The notes: a model not told the origin generated them from the letters alone. A stretch of DNA of 61,616 nt from an uncultured virus (IMG/VR IMGVR_UViG_3300037112_000155) (IMGVR_UViG_3300037112_000155:62001-123616); one strand, 5' to 3'; positions 38,712-49,296 are shown, numbered from the stretch's first letter. Made by a program: numbers and translations.

Positions 38712-39265
38712 TGGACCTGAGCCTGGCAATCATTGGCATGCGCGAACCGGACTTGTTTCAGATCGACCTGGCCCAGGAGGTTGCCTGGACGTTGAGCACG
38801 CAGTTAGGCGTCAGGATCCGTACCGGCGGTGCCGACGGCATCGATTACCTGGCCATGATGGGCACGCACCCTGGCATGCTGGACGTGTTCCTTCCCTGGG
38901 GCAGCTACAACCGGGGCAAGATTCCGTCGCTGGCGGCCTGCACGGTCTATGACCCGAAGCACCATCCACTCTGGACTGAGTCGGTCACCAAGTACCATCC
39001 CAATCCTGCGGCTTTGTCGCGCGGCCCCTTTGCCCTGCATGCCCGCAACTATGGGATCGTGGACGGCGCGACAGCGTGCCTGGCTCTGCCCGGTCGCGAC
39101 GGCAGCGGCGGAACAGGGCAGGGAATTCGGATCTGCCGTGGCATCGGCACTCCAATCGGAGTCCACAGCAAAGGCACCCTGACGATCCAGTCTGCACAGG
39201 ATGTCATGCAGAAGCTGATCGCTTTTTACAGCGACAAGCAGAAGGCCATCCTGGCAGCTGCCTAA
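38711..39265 (+). CDS. DprA-like/SLOG-family protein
   Basis: IIG.R; RTGGADGID; LPW; LHARN; GGTGQ. Confidence 0.8.
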   Translation: MDLSLAIIGMREPDLFQIDLAQEVAWTLSTQLGVRIRTGGADGIDYLAMMGTHPGMLDVFLPWGSYNRGKIPSLAACTVYDPKHHPLWTESVTKYHPNPAALSRGPFALHARNYGIVDGATACLALPGRDGSGGTGQGIRICRGIGTPIGVHSKGTLTIQSAQDVMQKLIAFYSDKQKAILAAA

Positions 39266-39313
39266 GTAGTTCACCTGAGTCACAAATCCCTCCTGAGTTT
39301 CTAAGGTAAACAC

Positions 39314-40042
39314 ATGCATATTGTCACTCCCTACGCGAAGATCATTCGCTTCATGGGCGAAGAATCGTTCCCCGCCGAAGCAGACGCAGGCGTTCAAGCT
39401 GTCCGCTTCATTGAAGAGACCGGCCGTAAGTGCTATCGCTCCGAAGGCGCGAGCACGCTGGACTCCTACAAGCAGTTCGTTGGTCAGCACGCGCTGGCCA
39501 GCCGGCACACGTCCATGCTGCGCTTCTCGGCCGTTGTGGTCGACTTCATGGTCGACCGCGGCGTCGCCCAGGAGATCACCCGTCATGGCAAAACGCTGGA
39601 CTTCCAACACGAGTCGCAGCGCTATTGCAACTACGTCAAGGATAAGTTCGGCAGCAGCGTCGGCTTCATCAAGCCGCGCAACCTGACCACGCTCCAGGAT
39701 CAGATCTGGACCATGGGCATGACGTACGCCGAGACCTACTACTTCGACATGCTGAAGGCGGATGCCAAGCCTCAGATCGCGGCCGATCTTCTGCCGCGGG
39801 CGACGGCAAGTCTGTTGACCTGCATCGGCAACTTCCAGGCCTGGCGTCACTTCCTGCTGACCAGGACAACTACCCAGTGCCATCCGAAAATGCTGGATGT
39901 CACCAACAACGACGCGCTCTCTGAGAGCGGCGAGATCCTGAGGAACAGCTTGCTCGATCAGTTCAAGGCGACGTTTCCCATCATCTTTGACGACATCCCG
40001 CACAGCGGCGACTTCGCCAAGAACATGCAGATGGCCCGATGA
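39314..40042 (+). CDS. thyX: FAD-dependent thymidylate synthase
   Basis: GRKCY.S; HTSML; DRGV.QEITRH; ESQRYCNY; WRHF...R. Confidence 0.88.
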   Translation: MHIVTPYAKIIRFMGEESFPAEADAGVQAVRFIEETGRKCYRSEGASTLDSYKQFVGQHALASRHTSMLRFSAVVVDFMVDRGVAQEITRHGKTLDFQHESQRYCNYVKDKFGSSVGFIKPRNLTTLQDQIWTMGMTYAETYYFDMLKADAKPQIAADLLPRATASLLTCIGNFQAWRHFLLTRTTTQCHPKMLDVTNNDALSESGEILRNSLLDQFKATFPIIFDDIPHSGDFAKNMQMAR

Positions 40043-41253
40043 ACAGCAACGAGGTACGAGTAATGAGACCAGCAACATTCAAGACCGGCCGGATCGAGAT
40101 CCCGGACTACTTTGGCGGCACGTTCCTCGACGTAAAAGCCATCGGCGAGCCCTACGGGGCGTACGAATACGTGATGACGCCGGAAGGCATTCGTCACGTG
40201 TTACCCGATGGTGCGACTGGTCTTAGACTGGTTGGCGGCGAGCTGACACATGAGGCAGAGAAGGCGATCTTCCTGAAGGTCGGCACGACTCCAATTGGCC
40301 GAATGACCATCCTGTCCGGCCCTTCCGGGAGCGGCAAGTCCACGGTTGCGTTCAAGCACATCCAGGACAACGGGCATGCGGTCCGGATCAACCGGGACGA
40401 CATCCGTCGGATGACCATCCCTCGTTGGGCTGCCTCGAAGGAGAAGTTCATCATCGAGGCTGAGAAGGCCATTGTCCGTGCGGCGCGGGAACAGGGTAGG
40501 GATGTCATCATCGACGACACCAACCTGACCCCGGGTCACCGGCAGATGTGGCTCGATTACGCCGAAGAGCTGTGCTTCCGCAAGGCCGAGGTGAAGTTCA
40601 TCGACACCCCGATCGCGGATTGTATTGCCCGCGACGCCATGCGCTTCGAAGGCAGACAGGTCGGCCGCCCGGTGATCGAGCGGCAGTACCTTCTGAGCGG
40701 GCGCCTGGATCTGAGCGGCCGTCCGGCTGTGGTCTGTGACCTCGACGGCACGCTGTTCAACCTGGATCACCGGAAGCACCTGGTGAGCGGGATCTGCGCT
40801 CCATGTTATGGCACCGGGAAGGCATTGGACGACCCGGGCGCTATGCCATGCGGGATCTGCCAGGGCACAGGCAAAGCCAAGAAGGATCACTACAAGTTCC
40901 TGCAGGAGTGCATCAACGACGAACCGGTCGAGATCATCCTGAACTGGCTGCACTCTCTCAGTGCCCTGGGCTTCATGATCATCCTGGTCAGCGGCCGCGA
41001 CATGAACTGCTGTGGTCGCGAGACCCTGGCGTCGCTGGACAAACACATGGTGCCGTTCGACCACTTGTTCATGCGCAAAGAACCGGCCCACATCACCGAT
41101 GTCGAGGTGAAAGCCACGATCCTCGAACAGATGCTGGCCTGCAAAGCGGAGATCGCATTTGCGATTGACGACAGGCTCTGTGTGGTTCAGATGTGGCGTG
41201 AACATGGCGTACGGGTCATTCCCGTCCGCTGCTCCGATACCGACCTCGAGTAG
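40039..41253 (+). CDS. Polynucleotide 5'-kinase/3'-phosphatase (T4 PseT-like)
   Basis: GPSGSGKST, NRDDIR, DDTNL; HAD DLDGT, SGR, IDDR. Confidence 0.92.
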   Translation: MNSNEVRVMRPATFKTGRIEIPDYFGGTFLDVKAIGEPYGAYEYVMTPEGIRHVLPDGATGLRLVGGELTHEAEKAIFLKVGTTPIGRMTILSGPSGSGKSTVAFKHIQDNGHAVRINRDDIRRMTIPRWAASKEKFIIEAEKAIVRAAREQGRDVIIDDTNLTPGHRQMWLDYAEELCFRKAEVKFIDTPIADCIARDAMRFEGRQVGRPVIERQYLLSGRLDLSGRPAVVCDLDGTLFNLDHRKHLVSGICAPCYGTGKALDDPGAMPCGICQGTGKAKKDHYKFLQECINDEPVEIILNWLHSLSALGFMIILVSGRDMNCCGRETLASLDKHMVPFDHLFMRKEPAHITDVEVKATILEQMLACKAEIAFAIDDRLCVVQMWREHGVRVIPVRCSDTDLE

Positions 41254-41303
41254 GTCAAATCCAAGGCGCCGGCTAATCCCCGGCGCCAGTTAGGGAAGTT
41301 GAA

Positions 41304-41552
41304 TTGTCCAGAGAATCAAAACGCTCCCTTCGTTATGACGTCTTCTCACCTGGCGCTAGCGCGCCTCTCCGTACAGTCCGAACGATTCAGCGAGCCAAGC
41401 GGCTCGCGCGAAGCCTCGGGTACGGAGCCATTGTGGAGCGTAAGTTATGCTGTCGTGAAAACGGCATGTTGATCTACAAACTCGACCGGTCCTGGTTCAT
41501 CGGTCCCTGCCGGCGAACGATGATGTCTCGTCCGAAAGTGAAACAATCATGA
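41304..41552 (+). CDS. Basic hypothetical protein
   Basis: Ends in an ATGA overlap with the cca gene. Confidence 0.5.
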   Translation: MSRESKRSLRYDVFSPGASAPLRTVRTIQRAKRLARSLGYGAIVERKLCCRENGMLIYKLDRSWFIGPCRRTMMSRPKVKQS

Positions 41553-42838
41553 TCCTCAGAATGCAACCGACCGTCCGTATGGTCGCGGTCGAGAAGCTGA
41601 TCTACCACCTACGCAAGGCCGGCAAAGAAGCCTACCTGATCGGCGGTTGCGTTCGAGATCGTATCCTGGCCAATCTCCCCAAAGACTATGACATCGTCAC
41701 CAACGCAGTGCCTGACGAGGTCATGGCAATCTTCCCAGATTGCTCCAAGCCCGTAGGCGCTAAGTTTGGCGTCGTTCTCGTCACGATCAATGAAGAGAGT
41801 TTCGAGGTCGCCACCTTCCGCGCCGAGGGCGCCTATTCTGACCACCGTCACCCTGATGCTGTGGTCTACAGCAAGACCCTGGCCGAGGACGTTCAGCGGC
41901 GGGACTTCACCATCAATGCCCTGGCCCTGGACATCGAGACCGGTGAGCTGGTGGATCTCACCGGCGGAGTCATGGACATCGCGCACAAGAAGATCCGCTG
42001 CATCGGGGATCCCAACCGGCGCTTTGAAGAAGACGCCCTGCGTTTACTCCGGGCAATCCGATTTGCCGCCCGGCTGGACTTCCAGATTGACGAGCCCACC
42101 TGGGGCGCGATGCGCGTCAATGCTCCCTTACTCGCTGAGATCAGCGGAGAACGGAAGCGCGAGGAGCTGATCGCGATGCTGAGCCAGCCCCGGGCCGTAC
42201 GCGCCCTGGAACTGCTTCTGCTCTCGAACCTGCTGGACTACCTGCTGCCGGAGCTAGATACCGACTTCGGAAGGGTTCTGCGTCGCCTCAACCAGATGCC
42301 TGCAATCTCCTGGTCCAGCGCCTACGGTCAGGCCGTCAAGGATCACGTCCTGATCGCATTGTCTCTGCTGTTCCTGGATCTCGGCACCACGGCACGGAAG
42401 AACGCGCTGCTGGGTCTGAAGTTCTCGACGGCGGATGCTGCCCAGATCACTAACATCATCACCAAGGCACAGGTTTGGAGCTGCATCCCGGACTGGAACC
42501 TGGCAGCACAGCGGCGCTATCGCCGCGATGCGGACTATGACCTGATTCGTCAGGTGGCGCTGCACGATTACTTCGCGCGGCCGGCTTACACCGGGGGCCA
42601 ACGGGCATTTCATCGTGTGGATCAGTTCATGAGCGCGGCGGGTTTGCCTGGGACTTATCCCAAGGTACTGCTCAACGGCGATGACTTGATTGCCCTGGGT
42701 TATAAGCCCAGTTCTGCGTTCGGCTTCGTTCTGCACAATCTCGAGGACGAACAGCTCGAAGAGAAGATCAAAACGCGTGAGGAAGCCGTGGCGTTTGTAA
42801 CGACACAGCTTCGGAACTCGCCAATGGCGGTCTCCTAA
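41549..42838 (+). CDS. cca: CCA-adding tRNA nucleotidyltransferase (class II)
   Basis: GGCVRD..DYD; EVATFR; RRDFTINA; RFEEDALRLLRAIRF; SGER..EE. Confidence 0.9.
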   Translation: MILRMQPTVRMVAVEKLIYHLRKAGKEAYLIGGCVRDRILANLPKDYDIVTNAVPDEVMAIFPDCSKPVGAKFGVVLVTINEESFEVATFRAEGAYSDHRHPDAVVYSKTLAEDVQRRDFTINALALDIETGELVDLTGGVMDIAHKKIRCIGDPNRRFEEDALRLLRAIRFAARLDFQIDEPTWGAMRVNAPLLAEISGERKREELIAMLSQPRAVRALELLLLSNLLDYLLPELDTDFGRVLRRLNQMPAISWSSAYGQAVKDHVLIALSLLFLDLGTTARKNALLGLKFSTADAAQITNIITKAQVWSCIPDWNLAAQRRYRRDADYDLIRQVALHDYFARPAYTGGQRAFHRVDQFMSAAGLPGTYPKVLLNGDDLIALGYKPSSAFGFVLHNLEDEQLEEKIKTREEAVAFVTTQLRNSPMAVS

Positions 42839-43042
42839 TGGAGATCCGCATGATCCTCATCGAGGGCATCGCCGATAGCGAAGAATCGGCGATCAAGGAA
42901 TTCCGGGAGCATCCCTCTTACGCGGCGATCCGAGCGATCGCCGATGACCTGCACATACCGCTTCGCGTATCTGCACACAAGAAAGGAGCCTTCATTCCTG
43001 CATGGATATTGAGGCTCTGGCACCGACGACCGAAGGAGCAAC

Positions 43043-43273
43043 ATGGACAACCGTAGTTTTGCTGGATTCGCCTCTGCGGAGGCTCGTGAAGAGTATCTCG
43101 AACACAACATGGCACCCCAACCCTCGTCTGCTGACGAGATCGTGACCTTTGACCAGGGTGCAATCGAACTCCGACTGGTAGCAGCTGCATCCCGCGGCAC
43201 GCGTCCCCAGACGCTGATGGAGCGGTTTGGCGGCATGCTGGACACCATCAACACCACACCCGCGGCCGCCTAA
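43043..43273 (+). CDS. Hypothetical protein
   Basis: AAGGAG RBS. Confidence 0.6.
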   Translation: MDNRSFAGFASAEAREEYLEHNMAPQPSSADEIVTFDQGAIELRLVAAASRGTRPQTLMERFGGMLDTINTTPAAA

Positions 43274-43605
43274 TGAAGGGCTGCCGAGAGCACTGCCCGC
43301 ACTGCGGTGCGGTCTTAGACAGGACACCTCTGTTCAAGCATTTGAACAAGTGTCCGCGTCGTCCCAAGCTCAAGATCAAGGCCACTCGCCGAGTCGTGAC
43401 GATGTGCATTGAGGCCCGACTGGCCTGTGGGTGCCACGTGAGGCGTTGGTTTGGCGACATCCCGGATGGCCATGTTCATGCTGAAACGGTTCATGCATGC
43501 GAGGCCTGGAAGGATCACAAGTACGACCTGACAGCTCAGGAACAGAAGATGAGCCCGTACGGGAACAAGGTCATTCGCCACGCAAAGGGGCAGACACGAA
43601 TATGA
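43273..43605 (+). CDS. Cys/His-rich hypothetical protein
   Basis: CPHC..H..C; CGCH; overlaps both neighbours. Confidence 0.6.
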   Translation: MKGCREHCPHCGAVLDRTPLFKHLNKCPRRPKLKIKATRRVVTMCIEARLACGCHVRRWFGDIPDGHVHAETVHACEAWKDHKYDLTAQEQKMSPYGNKVIRHAKGQTRI

Positions 43606-44810
43606 AGATGATTTGGACGGACGCACTCAAGCAGGAGATCGCCAATGGTTACATCGGTATTCAACACCACCCGACTCTGCCGTTACGGATCTTCAACTAT
43701 ACCCATAAGGCTACGATCGATGAGCGTTGGAGCACGGAGATCTGCTTCTGCCGCGGTCTGATCATCGATGATACCGATGAGGTCATCGCGCGTCCGCAAC
43801 CGAAGTTCTTCAACCTGGGCCAGACGGTCGACATCGTTGGCCAAGGACTATTGGAATTCTCAGAGGAGTTCGTCCTGGGCATTGCCCGGGCCTACGGCAA
43901 CGAGCTGGAGTTCACCGACAAGATCGACGGCCAGATGGGCATCGTCTGGAACTACAAGGAGCACTGGGGCGTTGCCACTCGCGGGTCGTTCACCTCGGAC
44001 GGCGCGATCTGGGCGACTGCCAAGTTCCAGAAGTTCGTCAAGTATGGCATGGTCGAGTGCATCCCCAAGGGATTGACCTTGATCGTTGAGATCGTCGCCA
44101 AGCATCTCCGCATCGTGATTCCTTACGACTACGAGACCCTGGTGCTTTTGACGGCCGTCATGAACGACACCGGTGACGAGTTGCGCCACTGGCAACTGGA
44201 AGGCCTCTGGAAGGAGCTGAACGCAGGCGCCAAGGGGAAACCCTGGTGCCGTGTAGTGCCTGCCTTCTCGGGCAAGACTCTGATGGCCTGCAGGCAGGAT
44301 AAGGACCTGACCCGTGAAGGTTATGTGGTCTCAGTTCGCCGCGGCGGACAACCTCCGCTCAAGGTGAAGATCAAGCTCGAGGAGTATCTTCGGCTGCATC
44401 GCCTGGTCACGAATGTGACGCCCCAGATGATCTGGGAGCAGATGGGCGATCCGCTCAAGCCCTGGTTGAGGCCGACGCACCTGCAGTCGCAGTTGCCGCC
44501 TCACTTCAAGACCTGGATCGAGGAATGGCAGAGGAGACTCTATCAGGCTTTTCACTTCCAGATCTGTAAGGCGCTGGATGTTCTGGCCTGGATTACACCA
44601 TTGCGCGCCGAGGTCAAGGATGACCGGGAGTTCTATCGCCTGGTGATCGAACGGGACATGGTCCTGGGCCCGATCGCCATGCTGATGATGGACAACCGGA
44701 TCTGGGAGGCCCATGAGGCTCTCTGGAAGATCGTTCGGCCTCACGGCCGGGACGTCTTCTACATCGATGGCCAGGGCGAGGACAAGCCCACTCACCTCAT
44801 CGCAGCATAA
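43602..44810 (+). CDS. RNA ligase, T4 Rnl1 family
   Basis: IFNY; CRGLI; PKFFN; KIDG; ATRGSF.S; EGYVV; KVKIK..EY. Confidence 0.9.
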   Translation: MKMIWTDALKQEIANGYIGIQHHPTLPLRIFNYTHKATIDERWSTEICFCRGLIIDDTDEVIARPQPKFFNLGQTVDIVGQGLLEFSEEFVLGIARAYGNELEFTDKIDGQMGIVWNYKEHWGVATRGSFTSDGAIWATAKFQKFVKYGMVECIPKGLTLIVEIVAKHLRIVIPYDYETLVLLTAVMNDTGDELRHWQLEGLWKELNAGAKGKPWCRVVPAFSGKTLMACRQDKDLTREGYVVSVRRGGQPPLKVKIKLEEYLRLHRLVTNVTPQMIWEQMGDPLKPWLRPTHLQSQLPPHFKTWIEEWQRRLYQAFHFQICKALDVLAWITPLRAEVKDDREFYRLVIERDMVLGPIAMLMMDNRIWEAHEALWKIVRPHGRDVFYIDGQGEDKPTHLIAA

Positions 44811-44823
44811 CCGAAAGGAATAC

Positions 44824-45762
44824 ATGTCACAGGATACTCAAGCCAACGATATAACCGCGCTCACAGCGCAGCTGAGCAATGACCAGCTGTCGACCTGGAG
44901 CGAGGACAAGAAGGCCACGTTCGTCAAGACCTTCAACGACCGCATCCGTGTCGCGCGTTTCATTCTCCTCGCGACCGCCAGGCAGATCGTGAACAAGGCC
45001 AAGGACAGGCATTTCATCTCCGACAAGCACATCAAGCCGCTCAAGGATTCGTGGTGCTCCACACCAGAGGATCTGTTCGAGCCCCAGGGCGCGTACGGGA
45101 CCCCGAGCTATCAGAACTACCGCAAGTTCGTGGGCGGCCGGCCGACCACGGAGCTGGAGGCGATCGCTGCCCTGCGTGCGTCCGACATCATCAACCAGTT
45201 GCCTGGTCTGAATGAGGCGGTTCGCATCATCAGCCCGGAAGTGGCTCTGATGATCGAGAAGCGTTCCAAGCTGCTCAAGCGCGGCAAGGAACTCTTCGAG
45301 GAGTCCGAAGGCCTGACCGGCCCGCTGGACATGGACGACCTGGATCAGACGATGACCCTGGCGACGTTCCGCGAGAACGTCAAACTCCGCGAGAAGCAGA
45401 AGCTTGCCCTGCTGAGCAAGCTGGACGACATCGGAGACGAAGGTCGCAGCCTGGACACCAAGATCGACAAGTTCCTCTACGACGGCCTTCCTGGCCTGTC
45501 GGACGCGGTCATCAAGGTGGTCAAGGAATATGTGGAGCGCTCGGCTGGCTTCTCGGCTCTGAACCGCCGTGTGGCGGAGCAGGTACAGTTCGGCGACAGC
45601 GAAGCTGCCATGGAAATGCTGAAGACGTTCGAGAAGGACGAAGTCAGGATCTCCGGTGACGTCAAGGCGCAGTTCGACGCAGCAATGGAAGCACTCAAGC
45701 TGGCCGGCAAGAAGGGTTTGTCTGCTGGTAGGCAGAAGAAGCTCGCGTCAGGAAAGGTCTAA
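44824..45762 (+). CDS. Helical hypothetical protein
   Basis: AAGGA RBS; long codon-biased ORF. Confidence 0.75.
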   Translation: MSQDTQANDITALTAQLSNDQLSTWSEDKKATFVKTFNDRIRVARFILLATARQIVNKAKDRHFISDKHIKPLKDSWCSTPEDLFEPQGAYGTPSYQNYRKFVGGRPTTELEAIAALRASDIINQLPGLNEAVRIISPEVALMIEKRSKLLKRGKELFEESEGLTGPLDMDDLDQTMTLATFRENVKLREKQKLALLSKLDDIGDEGRSLDTKIDKFLYDGLPGLSDAVIKVVKEYVERSAGFSALNRRVAEQVQFGDSEAAMEMLKTFEKDEVRISGDVKAQFDAAMEALKLAGKKGLSAGRQKKLASGKV

Positions 45763-45764
45763 AC

Positions 45765-46268
45765 GTGCGACGCAAATCGGGAGAAGTACGGGCTTACTTC
45801 AAGCCAAGTGGGGCAATGGCGGTGCAGTCTCTAGGCGATAGTTACAGCTCGTCCTTCTCCCAGTTTGTTCGCAAGATGGATCCGACGTTCGTCGCCGGGT
45901 CCATGTACCGCGCTTACAAGCCTGGTACCGGTGCAGACCCAGAGGGTGTGGCCAATCTGGCCCACAATGGGCACTTCGAGATTCGTAGGCGGAAGAGTAG
46001 TTACAGCTTCGGTTTCGGGTTTCAGGACAACATGCACTGGACGATGGCAACTTTGTTCGGTCAGTTCATCCCGATCGGAAGTCCGTCTATGACGGATGAG
46101 GAAAAGCTCGCAGCCGTTCGGCGCAAGTATCCCTCTCTGGTGGAGGCTGAGCCGAACGAAGATGGCGAACGGACGTTCTGCCTACCCTGTTGTTCTGGCG
46201 ATAAACGCGGCTGGCATACAGCATTCGGCAACAACGAGATCATCGTGCAACACCGTGTCGGAGGGTAA
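45765..46268 (+). CDS. Hypothetical protein
   Basis: Packed between neighbours. Confidence 0.6.
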   Translation: MRRKSGEVRAYFKPSGAMAVQSLGDSYSSSFSQFVRKMDPTFVAGSMYRAYKPGTGADPEGVANLAHNGHFEIRRRKSSYSFGFGFQDNMHWTMATLFGQFIPIGSPSMTDEEKLAAVRRKYPSLVEAEPNEDGERTFCLPCCSGDKRGWHTAFGNNEIIVQHRVGG

Positions 46269-46616
46269 ATGAGAAGCGTGGCGAAGACGAGTTATAGGCG
46301 GCGGGTGAAATCTACCCGTCTGCTGGCCCTGGCAGAGCAGTTACGCATCCAGCATTTCGGGAGCAGCGATCCAGGTCTGATTCCAGTGTGCCGCGAAGTC
46401 CGTCGTCTTTTCGGCGACGAACTGACGCCGGAACAAGGTGGCATTGTCTCCGGCCTGCTCAGCAATGAGCCGGATCCCAGGACCAAGTCGCTACGGAAGG
46501 CGTTCGTCGATCTGCTGGCGGCCGTCTATTGCACCACCAACCAGAGCGTGGAACGCGATCTGAAACAGACTTGCATCAACCGGTTCCTGAAGGAACTGAC
46601 GGTGCTCGGGTACTAA
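46269..46616 (+). CDS. Hypothetical protein
   Basis: GGAGG RBS. Confidence 0.6.
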   Translation: MRSVAKTSYRRRVKSTRLLALAEQLRIQHFGSSDPGLIPVCREVRRLFGDELTPEQGGIVSGLLSNEPDPRTKSLRKAFVDLLAAVYCTTNQSVERDLKQTCINRFLKELTVLGY

Positions 46617-46624
46617 GGAGAACC

Positions 46625-46984
46625 ATGGCGAAGAGCCTGATTGGAAGCGTGACCGACACCACCTGGTCGGACGCCGTAGGCAAAGCGGATGGCCTTACCC
46701 TGGTGCTTTTCGGAGCGGCGTGGTGTGGCCCGTGCGAGCAGATCCGAGTGAATGTCGAGGTCATCGCCAAGCAGAACGCCGGCGTGGTCAACGTGCTTTA
46801 TTACGACGTCGACCTGACCAATCACCGGGCAGCTTCCTACAACGTCCGCGGGGTTCCTACCCTGATCCTGTTCGACGGCGAGAACAAGCTGGCTACTCTG
46901 ACCGGGATGCAGCCCGTCGCCAAGATCCAGAAGGGGATTGACTCCCATCTTTCCCAGGAGGTTGTCGTTGCGAACCCTCTTTAG
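46625..46984 (+). CDS. trxA: Thioredoxin
   Basis: WCGPC; VRGVPTLILF; AAGGAG RBS. Confidence 0.92.
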   Translation: MAKSLIGSVTDTTWSDAVGKADGLTLVLFGAAWCGPCEQIRVNVEVIAKQNAGVVNVLYYDVDLTNHRAASYNVRGVPTLILFDGENKLATLTGMQPVAKIQKGIDSHLSQEVVVANPL

Positions 46985-48065
46985 TTGCCTGTACGGGTCG
47001 AGCCTGTACGGCACGACCATTCCTACCTCTGACCGTGACATCAAGCACGTGATCCTGCCGAAGTTCTCGGATCTCCTGCTGGGCCGTGCGCCCAAGAACA
47101 AGTACCGGTCCACCAAGACCGGCACCGGAAAGAACTCGGCCGAGCACATTGATGTCGAGAACATCCCGCTCCACATCCTGGCGCGGGACTTCATGGGCGG
47201 TCAGAGCTATGCCCTGGAGTTGGTGTTCGCTGTCGACTTCAATGGGGCCGAGCAGACGATCTATGACCCGCGGTTTCGCCAGTTCTGTAATGAGCTGCGC
47301 GAGCGCTTCCTAACCTCACAGATCCGGGCGATTGCCCGGTACTGCGCGGATCAGGCTGGTTTGTACTCCTTGAAGGGCGAGCGGTTGAATGCCGTGCTCG
47401 CCACCATCGAACTGCTCAAAGGCTTCCGGGCCGATGAGCGCCTGTTCATGGTCCAACCGTTCCTTGAAGAGAAGGCGCGGTTGATTGAGAAGGAGTTTCC
47501 GGAATACTTCCACGTTACGGAGTACGATGCCTCCGGTAAGGGTGCCATGCGCCCCTGCATCAAACTGCTCGACAAGATCCTGCCCTATACGTCGAGCTTC
47601 CGCTACAACCTGCAAACTGCAGAGGCTCTGCTCGCCAAGTTTGGCAGCCGCGCTAAGCAGGCGTCAGAGAGCAACGTGGACTGGAAGGCCACGTCTCATG
47701 CTCTCCGTATCGTGAACGAGGGAATCACCATACTCGCGACCGGGAAACTGACGTTTCCGCTTCCTGACCCGCTGCGCACTTACCTGCGCCAAGTGAGACT
47801 CGGGGAGGTCCCTTATCAGCAGGTACTAACCCAGATTGAAACCAGTCTGGCCACACTCGAAGAAATGCGTGGCATCTCGGAGTTACCAGAACTTACACCA
47901 GAGCTGCAATTGGATCTGGAAGTCTGGCTCCTTGGCTGGTTGGGTTATTTCTACTCCGACGTCCTCAGACAGAGGTGGAGTATTGTTCGCATCCTGGAGT
48001 TCTGCAGAGCCACTGTCTCTCGTACGTGGACTCCTCTCTCCCAATTCTTCAAGTCCTCCCCGTAA
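46938..48065 (+). CDS. Pol-beta superfamily nucleotidyltransferase (RlaP/NrdC.11-like)
   Basis: YGSSLYGT....SDRD; DWKA.SHALR. Confidence 0.8.
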   Translation: MTPIFPRRLSLRTLFSCLYGSSLYGTTIPTSDRDIKHVILPKFSDLLLGRAPKNKYRSTKTGTGKNSAEHIDVENIPLHILARDFMGGQSYALELVFAVDFNGAEQTIYDPRFRQFCNELRERFLTSQIRAIARYCADQAGLYSLKGERLNAVLATIELLKGFRADERLFMVQPFLEEKARLIEKEFPEYFHVTEYDASGKGAMRPCIKLLDKILPYTSSFRYNLQTAEALLAKFGSRAKQASESNVDWKATSHALRIVNEGITILATGKLTFPLPDPLRTYLRQVRLGEVPYQQVLTQIETSLATLEEMRGISELPELTPELQLDLEVWLLGWLGYFYSDVLRQRWSIVRILEFCRATVSRTWTPLSQFFKSSP

Positions 48066-48657
48066 CGATGCTGTCAAGCACCGAGGGTCAACCAATGGAT
48101 TCTCCCAGAAGTAGGAAATCGAAACTGCAAATGTCAGCGCTTACTTGTACCGCATGCACAACTCAGCGGATGAAGCGAGCCGTGTGTCTGAAGTGTCACA
48201 ACCAGATGGTAACCAGTCTCGGGTCGAAGATCCGAGAACTCCAGGGCGAAGTCCTGGGTCAGACAGCAACATCGAATTTGCTGAAGGTGATCGCACAAGA
48301 ATGCGTTCACGCAGCAAAGAAGGCCGCATAGCTTTGGCGGTTGCGACACGAAGTCCAGTATGGATCTTGTGCAGCAGGACGACCTGAGACGTATGCAAGC
48401 AGGTAAGGGTTTCACCCGATGCCTGCACGATCCCCGATCCGTAACAATCGGGGAACAGGACCAGTAGCCTTTACTGCTGGTGGTGGAGGTCGCTGCGGTG
48501 TAAACACCGTGACGCCCCAAAAGATGCCTACGACGAGGCGGAGAAGTGATGTCTGTACGACCTCTCCCTACGCCCGGATCGGGCATTTGAGACCGGTGGG
48601 CGCGAATCCGGCACAACAAAACGCGCAGCAGTTCTTCCTTAGAAAGGGATAAACACA

Positions 48658-48879
48658 ATGGCAAAGAAGATCAGTTTCGAATCCTTCCTGGTGACGGCAA
48701 TCAACGCCCAAACCAACGAGCAGGCGACTACGACCAAGAACTTCGTTACAGCCCTGGTGAACGCGAAGACCGCGACCACCACGACTGCGAAGGACACCAA
48801 GGCGAAGTCGACCCGTGGTTCCAAGAACACCGCAGCTCCGGCCGCGGCCACCGAGACGGCGGAAGCTGCAGCGGCATAA
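48658..48879 (+). CDS. Small Ala/Thr/Lys-rich protein
   Basis: AAAGGG RBS; low complexity. Confidence 0.65.
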   Translation: MAKKISFESFLVTAINAQTNEQATTTKNFVTALVNAKTATTTTAKDTKAKSTRGSKNTAAPAAATETAEAAAA

Positions 48880-49101
48880 AGCTCGGCTGCGCAAGCAGCC
48901 AGTGAGGCAGAGGTGGGAATGTACCCTCACCAGCCGTGGACCTCGCACAAGGGCCTGTACGGACCGGCGGGCACGCAGCTAATCGGCGAAATGGGCGCAT
49001 GACAGGTTGTCGGGGACCCAGAGTTAGGGAACCGTCTGCGGAGGGACTTCGGGTGGCTGTTGTAGGGCTGCCCGCTGTCCTGTACCGCTTCAGGAGATCA
49101 G

Positions 49102-49281
49102 ATGAAGAAAGCAGTCAGAATCATCGGAACGCTCGCAATAGCGATCCTCAGCCTGGCAGCCTTGTGCTGGATTGCCGGCAAAACACCGACTCGGGATCTG
49201 CTGTTCTGGTTCCTGTTGGCATTCACGACATTGTTTGTAAGCGCCACGGCGTTCCTGGTGCAGCTGGTTCAGTTGATCTGA
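49102..49281 (+). CDS. 59-aa two-TM membrane protein (below ORF-track cutoff)
   Basis: AGGAG RBS; MKKAVRIIGTLAIAILSLAALCW... Confidence 0.6.
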   Translation: MKKAVRIIGTLAIAILSLAALCWIAGKTPTRDLLFWFLLAFTTLFVSATAFLVQLVQLI

Positions 49282-49296
49282 GCCCTGGAGATTGAG

